This document shows, one piece after another, positions 1-9,818 of a stretch of 64,000 bases of DNA. The translations under genes were made by a program, and so were the position numbers. Numbering within the stretch: position 1 is the first letter of the stretch; each line of letters starts with the position of its first letter. This stretch comes from an uncultured candidatus Porisulfidus sp. (GTDB lineage Bacteria > Pseudomonadota > Gammaproteobacteria > Poriferisulfidales > Poriferisulfidaceae). The notes beneath the pieces were generated by a model. The model made no database searches. It was given only the letters and a program-made list of their open reading frames with translations, and had not been told where the DNA came from. Location: the NCBI GenBank assembly GCA_958431155.1, contig OY288106.1, positions 717,161 to 781,160 on the forward strand, in the 5' to 3' direction.

Positions 1-1605
1 ATTACGACCACAATGTGGGGCAGATGTTCCAATGGTGGCGCCTCCTCTCCCTCGCCGAGGTTCTCGTAGGTCGGATCCGGAATGTTTTCCTCGTTCTTGC
101 CCGCTTCTTCAACCTTCCGGTTGTAGCCATTCAGGTTGCGCACGCCCAGTCTCGACATGACCGTGTAGCGCTTTTCCATCTGGCTCACGCACCACAGCAG
201 GGCCTGGGCCGCTTGCCCCATATTCGTGACCACCGGGGTCAGCAAATGGGGAATTCCTTCGTAAATAGCGAGTTCCAGCATCTTCGGATCGATCAGGATC
301 AGCCGCAGGTCCTTTGGTAGGGCCTTGTACAACAGACTCATGATCATGGCATTGATTGCCACCGATTTCCCGGAGCCGGTCGTGCCGGCGACCAGCAAGT
401 GCGGCATTTTCGCCAGATCGCAGACTATCGGCTCGCCATTGATGCTCTTGCCGAGTGCCAATGTCAGCAGGGACGAAGACTGGTTGAATGCGGCCGAACT
501 CAGGATCTCGCTGACCATGACCATTTCTCGGTCTTCGTTCGGCACCTCGAGGCCGATCACCGATTTCCCCTCGACCACCTCTTCCACGCGGACGCTGACC
601 ACCGACAGCGAGCGCGCCAAATCCTTCGCGTAGCTGCTGATCTTGCTGCCTCGCACTCCCGGGGCCGGCTCCAGGTCGAAACGGGTCACGATCGGGCCGG
701 GAGTCACGGCCACAACCGTAACATCTACTTTGAATTCTTCCATTTTAATTTCAATCTGTTTTGACATATTGCTAAGGGCTTCCTCAGAATATCCCATGCT
801 CCCTTCCATGGGTTCGTCCAACAGGTCGAGAGGCGGATGTTTTTCGGTGCCGCTGGCAGGCAACAGGGAAATCTGTTTCTCTCTTGCCTGCCTCTTGGCA
901 TCGGCCTCGATCTGGATTTTCGGTTCGATCCGGGTGGGACTCTTGGTTGCCCTCTTCGCCTTGGTCCGTTTTCGCTTTTCTTCCCGTTGCTGACGGTCCT
1001 GGCGACCGGAAAAATACTCCTGTGCCCACCGAATCCCCGCCACGATCGCGGTACCCGACTCCCAAGCCAGCTTGCCGGCCAGGTCCACGACCTTCAACCA
1101 TGAGAAACTTGTCCACAAAGTGACACCGACGAACAACAGGGCCAGCAGCAGGACGGTCGCGCCGACCTCGCTGAACACCGCAACAAATCCCCCTGCGACT
1201 CCTTGGCCGATCAATCCCCCGCTCCCGACCGGCAGCCCCGGTGCCAGCAGGTAGATTCCGATCAGGGAGCAGCCCGCCATCAGCGTCACGAAAAATCCAC
1301 TCCACCGCATCGCGGTCAGCCCCCAAGTGGATTTCCCCGCCTCCCCTGGAATTGCCTTCTGGCTGTACAGCAGCCAGCCGTGATATCCCAGCATGAACGG
1401 GACCAGATACGCGACATAGCCCAAGAGATGCAGTAGCAGATCGGCGATGACCGCCCCCACCTTCCCGGCCGCATTGCGGACCCCACCCTCCCCGGTATCC
1501 AGCCAGCTCGGATCGTCCGGGTGGTAGGTGATCAGCGCAACCAGCAGATAGACGGCCAGCGCCGTGAAGACGAGCAACGCGCCCTCGCGGAACACCGGAG
1601 ACATG
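1..1605 (-). CDS. ftsK: DNA translocase FtsK, 3'-truncated at the window edge. Start is an ATG at 1605; an alternative TTG start lies at 1658.
   Basis: Reverse-strand translation gives an N-terminal multi-TM region followed by the motor domain with Walker A GTTGSGKS and KALPKDLRLILIDPKMLE. The ORF runs off coordinate 1, so it is missing from the ORF track. Confidence 0.9.
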
Positions 1606-1716
1606 CGAGGAGGCTGTGAATCCTTCTGCTTCGCGCGCTTGGGGGATTTTTTCTTCAAAACGGGAACGGGAGTGTTTGCTCAATTATAGGATACGGCGCT
1701 CGCCGGGATTCGGTAA

Positions 1717-2685
<969 letters not shown>

Positions 2686-2686
2686 A

Positions 2687-3715
2687 TTACTCGGGCTCCT
2701 CGCCCCCTTCAAGGATATCGGACCAGCGCAACGCCATGCTGTTGTGCGCGAAAGACGGAATCCGGAATGCCCAGCCCTCGAGGTGTCGGGCAAGCAGGTC
2801 CGCCTGGGCATGATCCTCCTCACTCATGTTCTCTCCCAAATGCACCGTAAAGCGCGCATACCGCTCCACACCCACGGAGAACAGACGCGCCTCCAAGCTG
2901 TAGCCCTGGTAGAACTCGTACCTGGCACGGGCGACATCCTTTAGGTAGACCTCGGCCTGGGACGCCGGCATGACGTCCTCCAACGACAGGCTGGTGATGG
3001 CACTGGCCATGCGGTTGAGCGCGTATTCGCTTTTCAGCACCGCACCTTCCGGGAGGTTTAGCACGGTGAATTTCACGTCCTCCGCCTCTTCCGCGCGTTG
3101 CCCCTCGATTCTTTCGCCGTCCGGGTGAACGACTTCCATGCGGGACACCTGTTCCATCCCGATGTCCAGCAGGTTCGTATCGAGCCAGCGCCGCGGCTCT
3201 TCCGGAATCGTGAAGGTTCGGTCCACGAGCCAGCTTTGATCGGCGTCGGCGTTCCTCACATAGGTGGCGCTGCGCCCATCCGGGCTCGTGCCGATGCGAA
3301 CTGACCGCTCGCCGTCTGCGGAATGGAGTGTGACCAACCGCCCTTTCGCATCCAACCGTTCGATGCCGCCTAGGCCCAACTGGGCATGCTGCGCCGGGTC
3401 GCTGGTCTTGCGTTCCAGCAGTTTCGCCTCCGACAGATCCAGCAGAAGGCTGCGGATGGCTCCGACGTTCGCGGGGTAGTGCTGGCGCTGCACCACGCCC
3501 CAGCCCTCCGGGCGGCGCTCCAAGGTGACCTCCGGCACATTTCCAGGGCCGGTGACGTCAATGCGGGTGACAGAGTTGATGTCGAGATTCTCGAGCCACA
3601 AGGTCCCCATGTATTCCTGATCGCCGGACTGATGGCGGATGTTGTACATCACGGCCGTCAGTAACAGTACGGCCCCGGTCAGGACTGCCAGAATGCTCAA
3701 CTCGCGGCGGCTCAT
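2687..3715 (-). CDS. DUF4340-domain protein, last gene of the GldG-type ABC cluster
   Basis: N-terminal TM helix then a soluble domain. The ATG at 3715 overlaps the upstream stop as ATGA. This family typically follows GldG-like genes. Confidence 0.6.
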   Translation of the reverse strand: MSRRELSILAVLTGAVLLLTAVMYNIRHQSGDQEYMGTLWLENLDINSVTRIDVTGPGNVPEVTLERRPEGWGVVQRQHYPANVGAIRSLLLDLSEAKLLERKTSDPAQHAQLGLGGIERLDAKGRLVTLHSADGERSVRIGTSPDGRSATYVRNADADQSWLVDRTFTIPEEPRRWLDTNLLDIGMEQVSRMEVVHPDGERIEGQRAEEAEDVKFTVLNLPEGAVLKSEYALNRMASAITSLSLEDVMPASQAEVYLKDVARARYEFYQGYSLEARLFSVGVERYARFTVHLGENMSEEDHAQADLLARHLEGWAFRIPSFAHNSMALRWSDILEGGEEPE

Positions 3716-5595
3716 GAGGTCACCTTCCGGGCGCGGCGCCGGCGTTGGAAGAGCCACAGGCCGACTGCCGCCATGGTGATGAGAATCGGAACCAACCAGA
3801 TGTTGATCAGGCGCAGAATAGAGCCCAGGTGCTCGATATCCCGATCCAATTCGTGCCGGACCGAGCGCAGTTCACGTCGCACCCGCAACCGTTCCTGTTG
3901 GAAAGCCTCGATTTCCGCGCGTTGCTGTTCCGTCAGCAGGCTCTGCTCTCCCTCCTGCCTCAACTGCTGAATCCGGCTGATGTTCTCCTCCGCCTCCTGC
4001 AACCGCTTCTGGAGTTCTTCCTCTTTGGCATGAAACCGTTGTTCCGCCTGTCGGCGCAATTGTTCGACCACATGGAACGGCCGCGAGAATTCCGAGCGCC
4101 CGCGCAAGCCGATCAGGTCACCGCTGCCGGCCAGGCTCTCCAGCGCATTGGTCACGAAATCGCCATTGCTGGCCCAAGCCTGCACGATTCTCTGCCCGAA
4201 AAAGTTCTGCACTCGCGCCCACAGGGTGTCCGACAACATGTCCGCGTCCGCGACTACGATGGCGTCGAGTTTTTCCCGCGCTTCGGCCAGATGGCCATCC
4301 GCGGGTGCCTCCGCTCCTTCGGGCGGGCCAGACGGGTACATGCTTTGCGGCTGCAGCCGGACCCAAGCGGCCAAGGTCAAGGGAACGCCTCCGGGTTCGA
4401 ACCACTCCAGCAAGGCGGTCGGGTCCGGGAGGTACCGGTAGCGCGGCTTGGGGATCTCGCCGGAATCCTCCGAAGTGAACAGCAAGGGCTCGAATTCGCC
4501 TTCGAACGCATCCGTCTTCCTGATCTGGCCCGGGAATCCAAACGTGACCCGGGACAACTGGGCGGAAATCAGGTTGTCCCTGTTGATCCTCTTCTCATCG
4601 AGCCCGATGAACGAGACATGGCGGATCGGGCGCTGGACACTCGGGCTTTGCACCGGCAGGGCCAAGGTGCGGTCGGCCACAATTGCGTCCATGTCGACCT
4701 GAAGCCCCCAGACATCCAGCAATCTCTCGATCTCGGACGCCTGAATCCCCCCGGCATCCGGAGGGCTGCTGGCATCCTGGAACATGGGATCCTTGTCCGC
4801 GTAGGGGTCGACAAACAGCATCAGACGCCCTCCGCGCATCAGGAACTGGTCCACCGCGTAGAGCATTTTCTCGGATAGCCCTTTCGGGTGAATCAACATC
4901 AGGATGCGAATATCCGGATCGATCGCCCCGGACTCGAGATCGATCTGGCGAGTCTCGAACGACTGCCCGATTTGATCGAGAATTGCCCATTCGGGCGTCG
5001 ATCGCTGGCTCGCCAGGTCAAAACCTCCGAACACCTGCAGACTGGTCAATATTCCGACTACGGGCTTCGCCGGATTCGTCAGGGCGTAGATCAACTGGCT
5101 GATGTCGTATTCGAGGAAAGCTTCCCGGTCTGGTTGGAAAAATTCGATAACCTCGACGTCGTCCACCACGTTCGTGCCAACCAGGCCGAAGTACAGCTTG
5201 TCGCCGCCCTGCACCGGGACCGATTGCAGGTTGAATTCCGTCGCCCGATCTTCCTCTTCCGAGTACGGCGCCGGATCGATCACATGCAGGATCAATCGGC
5301 CGTCCGCGTAATGCGTATATTCTTCCAGCAACTCCCGGACCCTTCGCGCGTAGTTGCGCAGGTGGGCGTTTTCCGAACTGGCCCGATCCGAGAAGAACAG
5401 ATACAGGTTGATCGGTTGCTGGATGTCGTCGAGAACCTTCAGGGTCCCTTCGCTCATGGTGTAGAGCTTCTGCTCGGTCAGGTCCAGCCTCATGTTGTCC
5501 AGGGCCAGATTGCTCAGCATGATGCCCGAGACGAACAGCACGGCCAGCAGACTCAGGCCAGCCGCCGTATAGGTCTTGTTGTCCGGGCTGTTCAT
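3712..5595 (-). CDS. GldG-like ABC-transporter auxiliary component (ABC_transp_aux family)
   Basis: About 627 aa with N- and C-terminal TM helices flanking a large extracytoplasmic domain. ATGA overlap with the permease stop at 5592-5595. Confidence 0.7.
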   Translation of the reverse strand: MNSPDNKTYTAAGLSLLAVLFVSGIMLSNLALDNMRLDLTEQKLYTMSEGTLKVLDDIQQPINLYLFFSDRASSENAHLRNYARRVRELLEEYTHYADGRLILHVIDPAPYSEEEDRATEFNLQSVPVQGGDKLYFGLVGTNVVDDVEVIEFFQPDREAFLEYDISQLIYALTNPAKPVVGILTSLQVFGGFDLASQRSTPEWAILDQIGQSFETRQIDLESGAIDPDIRILMLIHPKGLSEKMLYAVDQFLMRGGRLMLFVDPYADKDPMFQDASSPPDAGGIQASEIERLLDVWGLQVDMDAIVADRTLALPVQSPSVQRPIRHVSFIGLDEKRINRDNLISAQLSRVTFGFPGQIRKTDAFEGEFEPLLFTSEDSGEIPKPRYRYLPDPTALLEWFEPGGVPLTLAAWVRLQPQSMYPSGPPEGAEAPADGHLAEAREKLDAIVVADADMLSDTLWARVQNFFGQRIVQAWASNGDFVTNALESLAGSGDLIGLRGRSEFSRPFHVVEQLRRQAEQRFHAKEEELQKRLQEAEENISRIQQLRQEGEQSLLTEQQRAEIEAFQQERLRVRRELRSVRHELDRDIEHLGSILRLINIWLVPILITMAAVGLWLFQRRRRARKVTS

Positions 5596-6326
5596 GCCGC
5601 CTTGCGGGCCCGAACCACGATCATGTTGGCGTACAGCCAAACCGAGATCAGGATCACGAAATAAGACAGATCCCGCAGATCGATCACGCCCTTGTTGATC
5701 GAGGAAAAATGGGTGAGAAAACTGAGCGACGCGATGGTGTCAACGACCGGTTGGGGCAGCCACAGCTGGAAGAAATCCAACACCAAGGGAAATCCGCTCA
5801 GCAGGAAGAGGAAGCAGGTCACGAGGCTGAGGATGAATGCCACGACCTGGTTGCGCGTGGTCGCGGAAATGCACGCGCCGATCGCCATGAAGCCGCCCGC
5901 CATCAGGAAACTGCCAAAGTAGGCACCCAAAATAATCCCGTTGTCCGGGTCCCCCAAGTAGTTGACCGTGAGCCAGATCGGGAACGTCAGCAGCAACGCG
6001 ATGCCGGTGAATATCCAAGCGGCCAGGAACTTCCCGAGTACGGCCTCGAACACGGTCACCGGAAGCGTAATCAGCAGTTCGATGCTTCCGGTCTTCCGTT
6101 CCTCCGCCCACAGGCGCATGGAAATGGCCGGGACCAGGAACAAGTACAACCACGGATGAAACGTGAAGAACGCGCCCAAGTCCGCTTGTTCGCGCTCGTA
6201 GAAATTCCCCAGATAGAAACTCAGCGCCCCGGACAGCAGGAGGAAAATCATGATGAAGACGTAGGCGACCGGCGTCTGGAAATAGCCGATCAGCTCCCGC
6301 CGCAGGATCGCCAGCAAGTTATTCAT
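5592..6326 (-). CDS. ABC-2 type permease (GldF-like)
   Basis: 244 aa, six predicted TM helices. Overlaps the ATPase gene by 8 nt. Confidence 0.8.
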   Translation of the reverse strand: MNNLLAILRRELIGYFQTPVAYVFIMIFLLLSGALSFYLGNFYEREQADLGAFFTFHPWLYLFLVPAISMRLWAEERKTGSIELLITLPVTVFEAVLGKFLAAWIFTGIALLLTFPIWLTVNYLGDPDNGIILGAYFGSFLMAGGFMAIGACISATTRNQVVAFILSLVTCFLFLLSGFPLVLDFFQLWLPQPVVDTIASLSFLTHFSSINKGVIDLRDLSYFVILISVWLYANMIVVRARKAA

Positions 6327-7245
6327 GGATGTTATGGGTCAGAGAGTGGAACACGTCGTCCAGCCGCCCGGCCTGGATGTGCAGCGGGACCTCCTTCAAG
6401 TTATGCCGCAGCAGGACATCGCGGACCGCGTCCTCCAGCATGCAGCCTCGCCGGGGAATCAGGGTCAGGCCCTGATTACGTTCCGGCTCCACCACCGCGA
6501 CATCCTCAAGTTCTCCGAGGGCGGCACGCACCGGCTCCTTCAACTGCGCCTGAATCGTGACCGCATTGCAGTACCGGGAGCGACGCCGCAACTCCTCGGG
6601 AGATTCGTCGACCAGGATCTTGCCTTCGGAGACGATGATGGCCCGGGTGCAGATGGCCTCGACCTCTTCGAGAATATGTGTCGAGATGATGATGGTTTTG
6701 TCGTGCGCCATTTCATTGATGAAGTCGCGCACCTGGCGCTTTTGGTTGGGGTCCAGCCCGTCGGTCGGCTCGTCCATGATCAGCACCCGCGGGTCGTGCA
6801 ACATGGCCTGTGCCAGGCCGACCCGGCGGCGGTAGCCTTTCGACAGTGTGTCGACCGGGCGGTGCAGAACCGGCTCCAGCCCCAGCTGCCCGATCACCCA
6901 GTCCAGCCGCTCGCGCCGGTTTTCCGGGCGCCGGATGTCCGCCACGAAATTCAGGAACTGCCACGGGGTCATCTCGCTGTACGCCGGCGCGCCTTCCGGC
7001 AGGTAGCCCAGGCATTTCTTGGCTTCCTGCGGCTCCGTGGCCACCGGATGCCCGCAGACCGATACCCGGCCGGAGGTCGGCGGAAGAAAGCCGGTGATTA
7101 TCTTCATGGTCGTGGACTTCCCGGCGCCGTTCGGGCCGAGAAAACCCAGGACCTCGCCTGGCCCGACCTCGAAACTCAAGTCATCGACGGCATGCAGGTC
7201 GCCGTAGATCTTGACCAGGTTCTCGACCACAACTGATCCGGACAT
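6319..7245 (-). CDS. ABC transporter ATP-binding protein (GldA-like)
   Basis: Walker A GPNGAGKST, signature LSKGYRRRVGLA, Walker B LIMDEPT. Confidence 0.9.
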   Translation of the reverse strand: MSGSVVVENLVKIYGDLHAVDDLSFEVGPGEVLGFLGPNGAGKSTTMKIITGFLPPTSGRVSVCGHPVATEPQEAKKCLGYLPEGAPAYSEMTPWQFLNFVADIRRPENRRERLDWVIGQLGLEPVLHRPVDTLSKGYRRRVGLAQAMLHDPRVLIMDEPTDGLDPNQKRQVRDFINEMAHDKTIIISTHILEEVEAICTRAIIVSEGKILVDESPEELRRRSRYCNAVTIQAQLKEPVRAALGELEDVAVVEPERNQGLTLIPRRGCMLEDAVRDVLLRHNLKEVPLHIQAGRLDDVFHSLTHNIHE

Positions 7246-7372
7246 CTGAATTTTCCTCTGCTTCCTTATCGAGTGTTGGGTTGTTTCAGGAAGTACTGGT
7301 TAACATGGGGATTGTGTCTGTCGTTTCAAGCGGGATCCTGCCATCCTACGCGCAATCAAGCCCGACAGACTT

Positions 7373-8431
7373 CTAATTCTGATAATAGTAATCGTAGCGC
7401 CTGAGTAAATCCAGCGAGAACCGCCAGCCTTCCTGGTAGGTCAGGTTGCTGTCCATCGGAATCACGATCCGGACGAACAGCTTGTCGCCGTGTTCCTGCT
7501 TGAGCCCCGACAGAACCCGGTGCATTTCCTCTTTCTCGACAGGCTCGAATTTCGCGGCGTCCGGAGGCTTGAGCATAAGGGACGGCTGCCCCTCCACCTT
7601 CCGGTAGCGAACGGCGGCCACCACCTTGCCCAAGGGGCTGCGGGCCGGCTTCGACAGAGCCGCGTACTTCTCGCCCATTTGCTCGTACTCCTTCTGCAGG
7701 AGTTCCAGCTCTTCGCGAGTCTGTCGCTGCTGCTTCTCGACCTCCACGTACATCTGCTCGCGCAGCACGCCTTCCTCCTGCATCTGCGCCAGCTGCTCCT
7801 GCACCTCAAGCAACTCCTGCCTCCGCTCCGCGCTGATGGTCTGGCTCTCCCGCATTTCGGCCTGCACCCGCGCATGCTCCTCCCGTATGTCCGCCAACTG
7901 AGCCTGCTGCTCGGCCAACGCGGTCTGCGCGCCAGCCAGATCCCTCTCCCTTGCCTCCAACTGCCCGATCTTGCCCTGCAGCGCCTCACGGGTCTTCTCC
8001 ATGCGGGTCCGCATTTCGGCCTGCGCCCGCGCATGCTCCTCCCGTACGTCCACCAACTGAGCCTGCTGCTCGGCCAACGCGGTCTGCGCGCCGGCCAGAT
8101 CCCTCTCCCTTGCCTCCAGCTGCCCGATCTTGCCCTGCAGCGCCTCACGGGTCTTCTCCATGCGGGTCCGCATTTCCCCCAACTCAAGCTGGAGCAGTAT
8201 CTGGCGCAGGTTCAGGTCTTCCGCCCGCTCCCTGGCCTGCTGTTCCAGCGCGGCCGTCTCCTGGACTTGTCTGGACAGGTCCCAGTTGTGCAGGACTGCC
8301 ACCGTGCCGGACAGCAAAAACACGATGACCACGACCATCATGATGTCGGTGAAGGACGGCCAGAAGTTTTCCTCGTTGATCGAGGACAAGGGGAAAGCGT
8401 AGTCGGGAAGCGAGGATTGACTGCCGATCAT
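7373..8431 (-). CDS. Stator B-like subunit: a TolR/ExbD/MotB-type TM helix with the conserved Asp, fused to a long coiled coil and a C-terminal domain of unknown type.
   Basis: N-terminal WPSFTDIMMVVVIVFLL resembles the MotB/TolR W..ADxM motif. About 200 aa is E/A/Q/R-rich heptad sequence with a tandem 53-aa repeat. No OmpA-like motif in the C-terminal ~90 aa. Confidence 0.55.
   Translation of the reverse strand: MIGSQSSLPDYAFPLSSINEENFWPSFTDIMMVVVIVFLLSGTVAVLHNWDLSRQVQETAALEQQARERAEDLNLRQILLQLELGEMRTRMEKTREALQGKIGQLEARERDLAGAQTALAEQQAQLVDVREEHARAQAEMRTRMEKTREALQGKIGQLEARERDLAGAQTALAEQQAQLADIREEHARVQAEMRESQTISAERRQELLEVQEQLAQMQEEGVLREQMYVEVEKQQRQTREELELLQKEYEQMGEKYAALSKPARSPLGKVVAAVRYRKVEGQPSLMLKPPDAAKFEPVEKEEMHRVLSGLKQEHGDKLFVRIVIPMDSNLTYQEGWRFSLDLLRRYDYYYQN
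7859..8176 (-). repeat. Two tandem direct copies of a 159-bp unit (about 96% identical), with a partial third copy downstream, inside the coiled-coil CDS.
   Basis: Copy A (7859-8017) and copy B (8018-8176) differ at about 6 positions. They encode EMRTRMEKTREALQGKIGQLEARERDLAGAQTALAEQQAQLVDVREEHARAQA twice. Confidence 0.9.
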
Positions 8432-8437
8432 GATTCC

Positions 8438-9346
8438 TTACTGATCCAGCCGGAACCCTTTCTTCAGGGTCTGGTTAACCTTTCGCAGCGCTTCCAGCAG
8501 CTGCTCGTCTTGTTCGTTCTGCACGTGCCTTTCATGCCGCGTGGCGTCAAGATGGGGGGTCAGGCTCGCGCCGTCTCGCGTGACCAGCGGCAGAACCCGC
8601 CGCAAAGTCAGCAGCTCGATCCGCTGGCACACACTGGACTGACCAGCCACCAGCCGGGAAAAGATGAGAGTCAGTACCAGATAGGCCGCGATGGCTGTCA
8701 TCGTGGTGGAGAGCGCTGTCGCCATCCCGTGGACCACCAAGGTGATGCCGCCTCCGTTCTGCGGGAAGGACAACAGGTCGGAAGCCCCGACTAGAGCCAG
8801 AGACAGCGATGCGACCGTACCGAACACGCCGAGCAGGATCAGCAGGCTCTGTATCAGGCGGATCAGGCCGAGGCGCGTCACCTCCTGGTTCATCAGGATG
8901 GCCGACAAGGCCGCCTGCTGAGGGCGATCCAGTTCCGACTGGCTTTGCTGAAAAACGCGGTAGCGCTGCACGATCAGGGAGTCGGACAGATCTTCGATAC
9001 CGGCTTCGGTCAGGCCGAAATTCATTTGTTCCTCGAACTGGTCGATGGAACGGTTTTCGCGGGTGTAGTCGAGCAGCAGGTAGAAAATCCGCCCCAGTGC
9101 CACCAGAAACAACGCGACGATGATACTGTTGACGACCATGCCGAGTTCTGTCGCCAGAGGCCCCCAGTAGATTTCTGCCAAGACCGCTCTTTGCCAGACC
9201 AGCAAGCTGGCGAACAGGAGCAATGCGACTCCCGCCTGTAGCATCATGAAGTGGGGACGGCTCGTAAAAATCTTATGAATCATAGCGTTAGCGATAAAAT
9301 ATTGCCCGTTTTCAATCTCTTGAATCGGGGAAGTATAGCAGAGCAA
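8438..9346 (-). CDS. MotA/TolQ/ExbB proton-channel family protein (4 TM)
   Basis: Topology is 2 TM, a cytoplasmic loop, then 2 TM. TM3/TM4 motifs LLGVFGTVASLSL and ATALSTTMTAIAAY match the MotA/ExbB family. Start is uncertain: TTG at 9346, alternative ATGs at 9283 and 9247. Confidence 0.7.
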   Translation of the reverse strand: MLCYTSPIQEIENGQYFIANAMIHKIFTSRPHFMMLQAGVALLLFASLLVWQRAVLAEIYWGPLATELGMVVNSIIVALFLVALGRIFYLLLDYTRENRSIDQFEEQMNFGLTEAGIEDLSDSLIVQRYRVFQQSQSELDRPQQAALSAILMNQEVTRLGLIRLIQSLLILLGVFGTVASLSLALVGASDLLSFPQNGGGITLVVHGMATALSTTMTAIAAYLVLTLIFSRLVAGQSSVCQRIELLTLRRVLPLVTRDGASLTPHLDATRHERHVQNEQDEQLLEALRKVNQTLKKGFRLDQ

Positions 9347-9366
9347 GGTGTTCTCTTGCCGGTTTG

Positions 9367-9669
9367 TGGTGCGGGCGGAGGGATTCGAACCCCCACGGGC
9401 AAAGCCCAGCGGATTTTCGCACCAGCTACGGCTTTCGCCGCCGCCGCTTGCGCGGCGTTTGTGGTCCGGACTATCCCTTCACCTTAGCCATCCGGCCTTA
9501 GGTGCTGCCCGTCTAGTCTCTACACCTTCCCGAAAGTTCCCTTCCGGGCTTGGCTCGGGATCGCCATTCCACAGGGTTCCCCGAATTTGAGCAGTTCTGC
9601 ATCTCCGGTTTCCCGAAGAGCACTCAATGGCCTCAAGTCCGCAGCGTCTACCGATTCCGCCACGCCCGC
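9367..9669 (-). tRNA. leuZ: tRNA-Leu(UAA) gene (leuZ-like) interrupted by a group I intron. Exons are 9635-9669 and 9367-9417.
   Basis: 5' exon GCGGGCGUGGCGGAAUCGGUAGACGCUGCGGACUU. 3' exon AAAAUCCGC, variable arm GGGCUUUGCCC, T-arm GGGGGUUCGAAUCCCUC and acceptor CGCCCGCACCA. Anticodon loop CUU|AAAA gives UAA. The exons total 86 nt and fold as a class II tRNA. Confidence 0.85.
9418..9634 (-). ncRNA. Group I intron (tRNA-Leu UAA type, IC3-like) inserted between U34 and A35. No ORF.
   Basis: Starts right after the exon U and ends in G. Internal GUGUAGAGACUAGACGG (R-like) and GAUAGUCC (S-like) elements, plus CCCGAGCCAAGCC, resemble cyanobacterial/plastid tRNA-Leu introns. Confidence 0.75.
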
Positions 9670-9705
9670 AACGCGCCTATCATAGTGTAAAGGGAGTAAG
9701 GATGG

Positions 9706-9779
9706 TGGAGGCTGAGGTCGGAATCGAACCGGCGTCCACGGCTTTGCAGGCCGCTGCATAACCACTCTGCCACTCAGCC
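9706..9779 (-). tRNA. cysT: tRNA-Cys(GCA)
   Basis: Acceptor GGCUGAG/CUCAGCC, anticodon loop CUGCAAA, discriminator U73 typical of tRNA-Cys, T-loop UUCGAUU, encoded CCA. Confidence 0.85.
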
Positions 9780-9818
9780 CCTGCTGCCCTGACCCGGCAA
9801 TCGGACCTCGGTAGGAAC

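Noticed and set aside
3745-8794. Long ORFs in the six-frame track antisense to real genes (3745-4878 +, 4888-5664 +, 5709-6560 +, 6325-7236 +, 7462-8187 -, 7490-8794 +). Similar ones are antisense to secY (54071-54937 +, 53031-54695 -) and to ribosomal genes.
   Set aside because: These are typical high-GC stop-codon-poor alternative frames. The translations are low-complexity R/A/P/G-rich with no motifs. The opposite-strand or same-strand genes have clear family signatures and operon logic.
7373-9346. Zorya (ZorAB) anti-phage defence system
   Set aside because: In Zorya the MotA-like ZorA carries the long tail, and ZorB has a peptidoglycan-binding domain, with zorC/zorD/zorE following. Here the A-like subunit is short. 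The coiled coil is on the B-like subunit, which lacks OmpA/PG-binding motifs. The downstream genes are an ABC transporter, not ZorC/D.
9367-9690. A ~300-nt structured RNA with a tRNA-like 3' end (GGUUCGAAUCC...ACCA), first considered as tmRNA (ssrA) or RNase P RNA
   Set aside because: No tag-peptide reading frame or resume codon was found, and no tmRNA 5' acceptor/D-analog. The two ends instead form a complete tRNA-Leu(UAA) when 217 internal nt are removed, and the insert carries group I core elements. It is therefore called an intron-containing leuZ.
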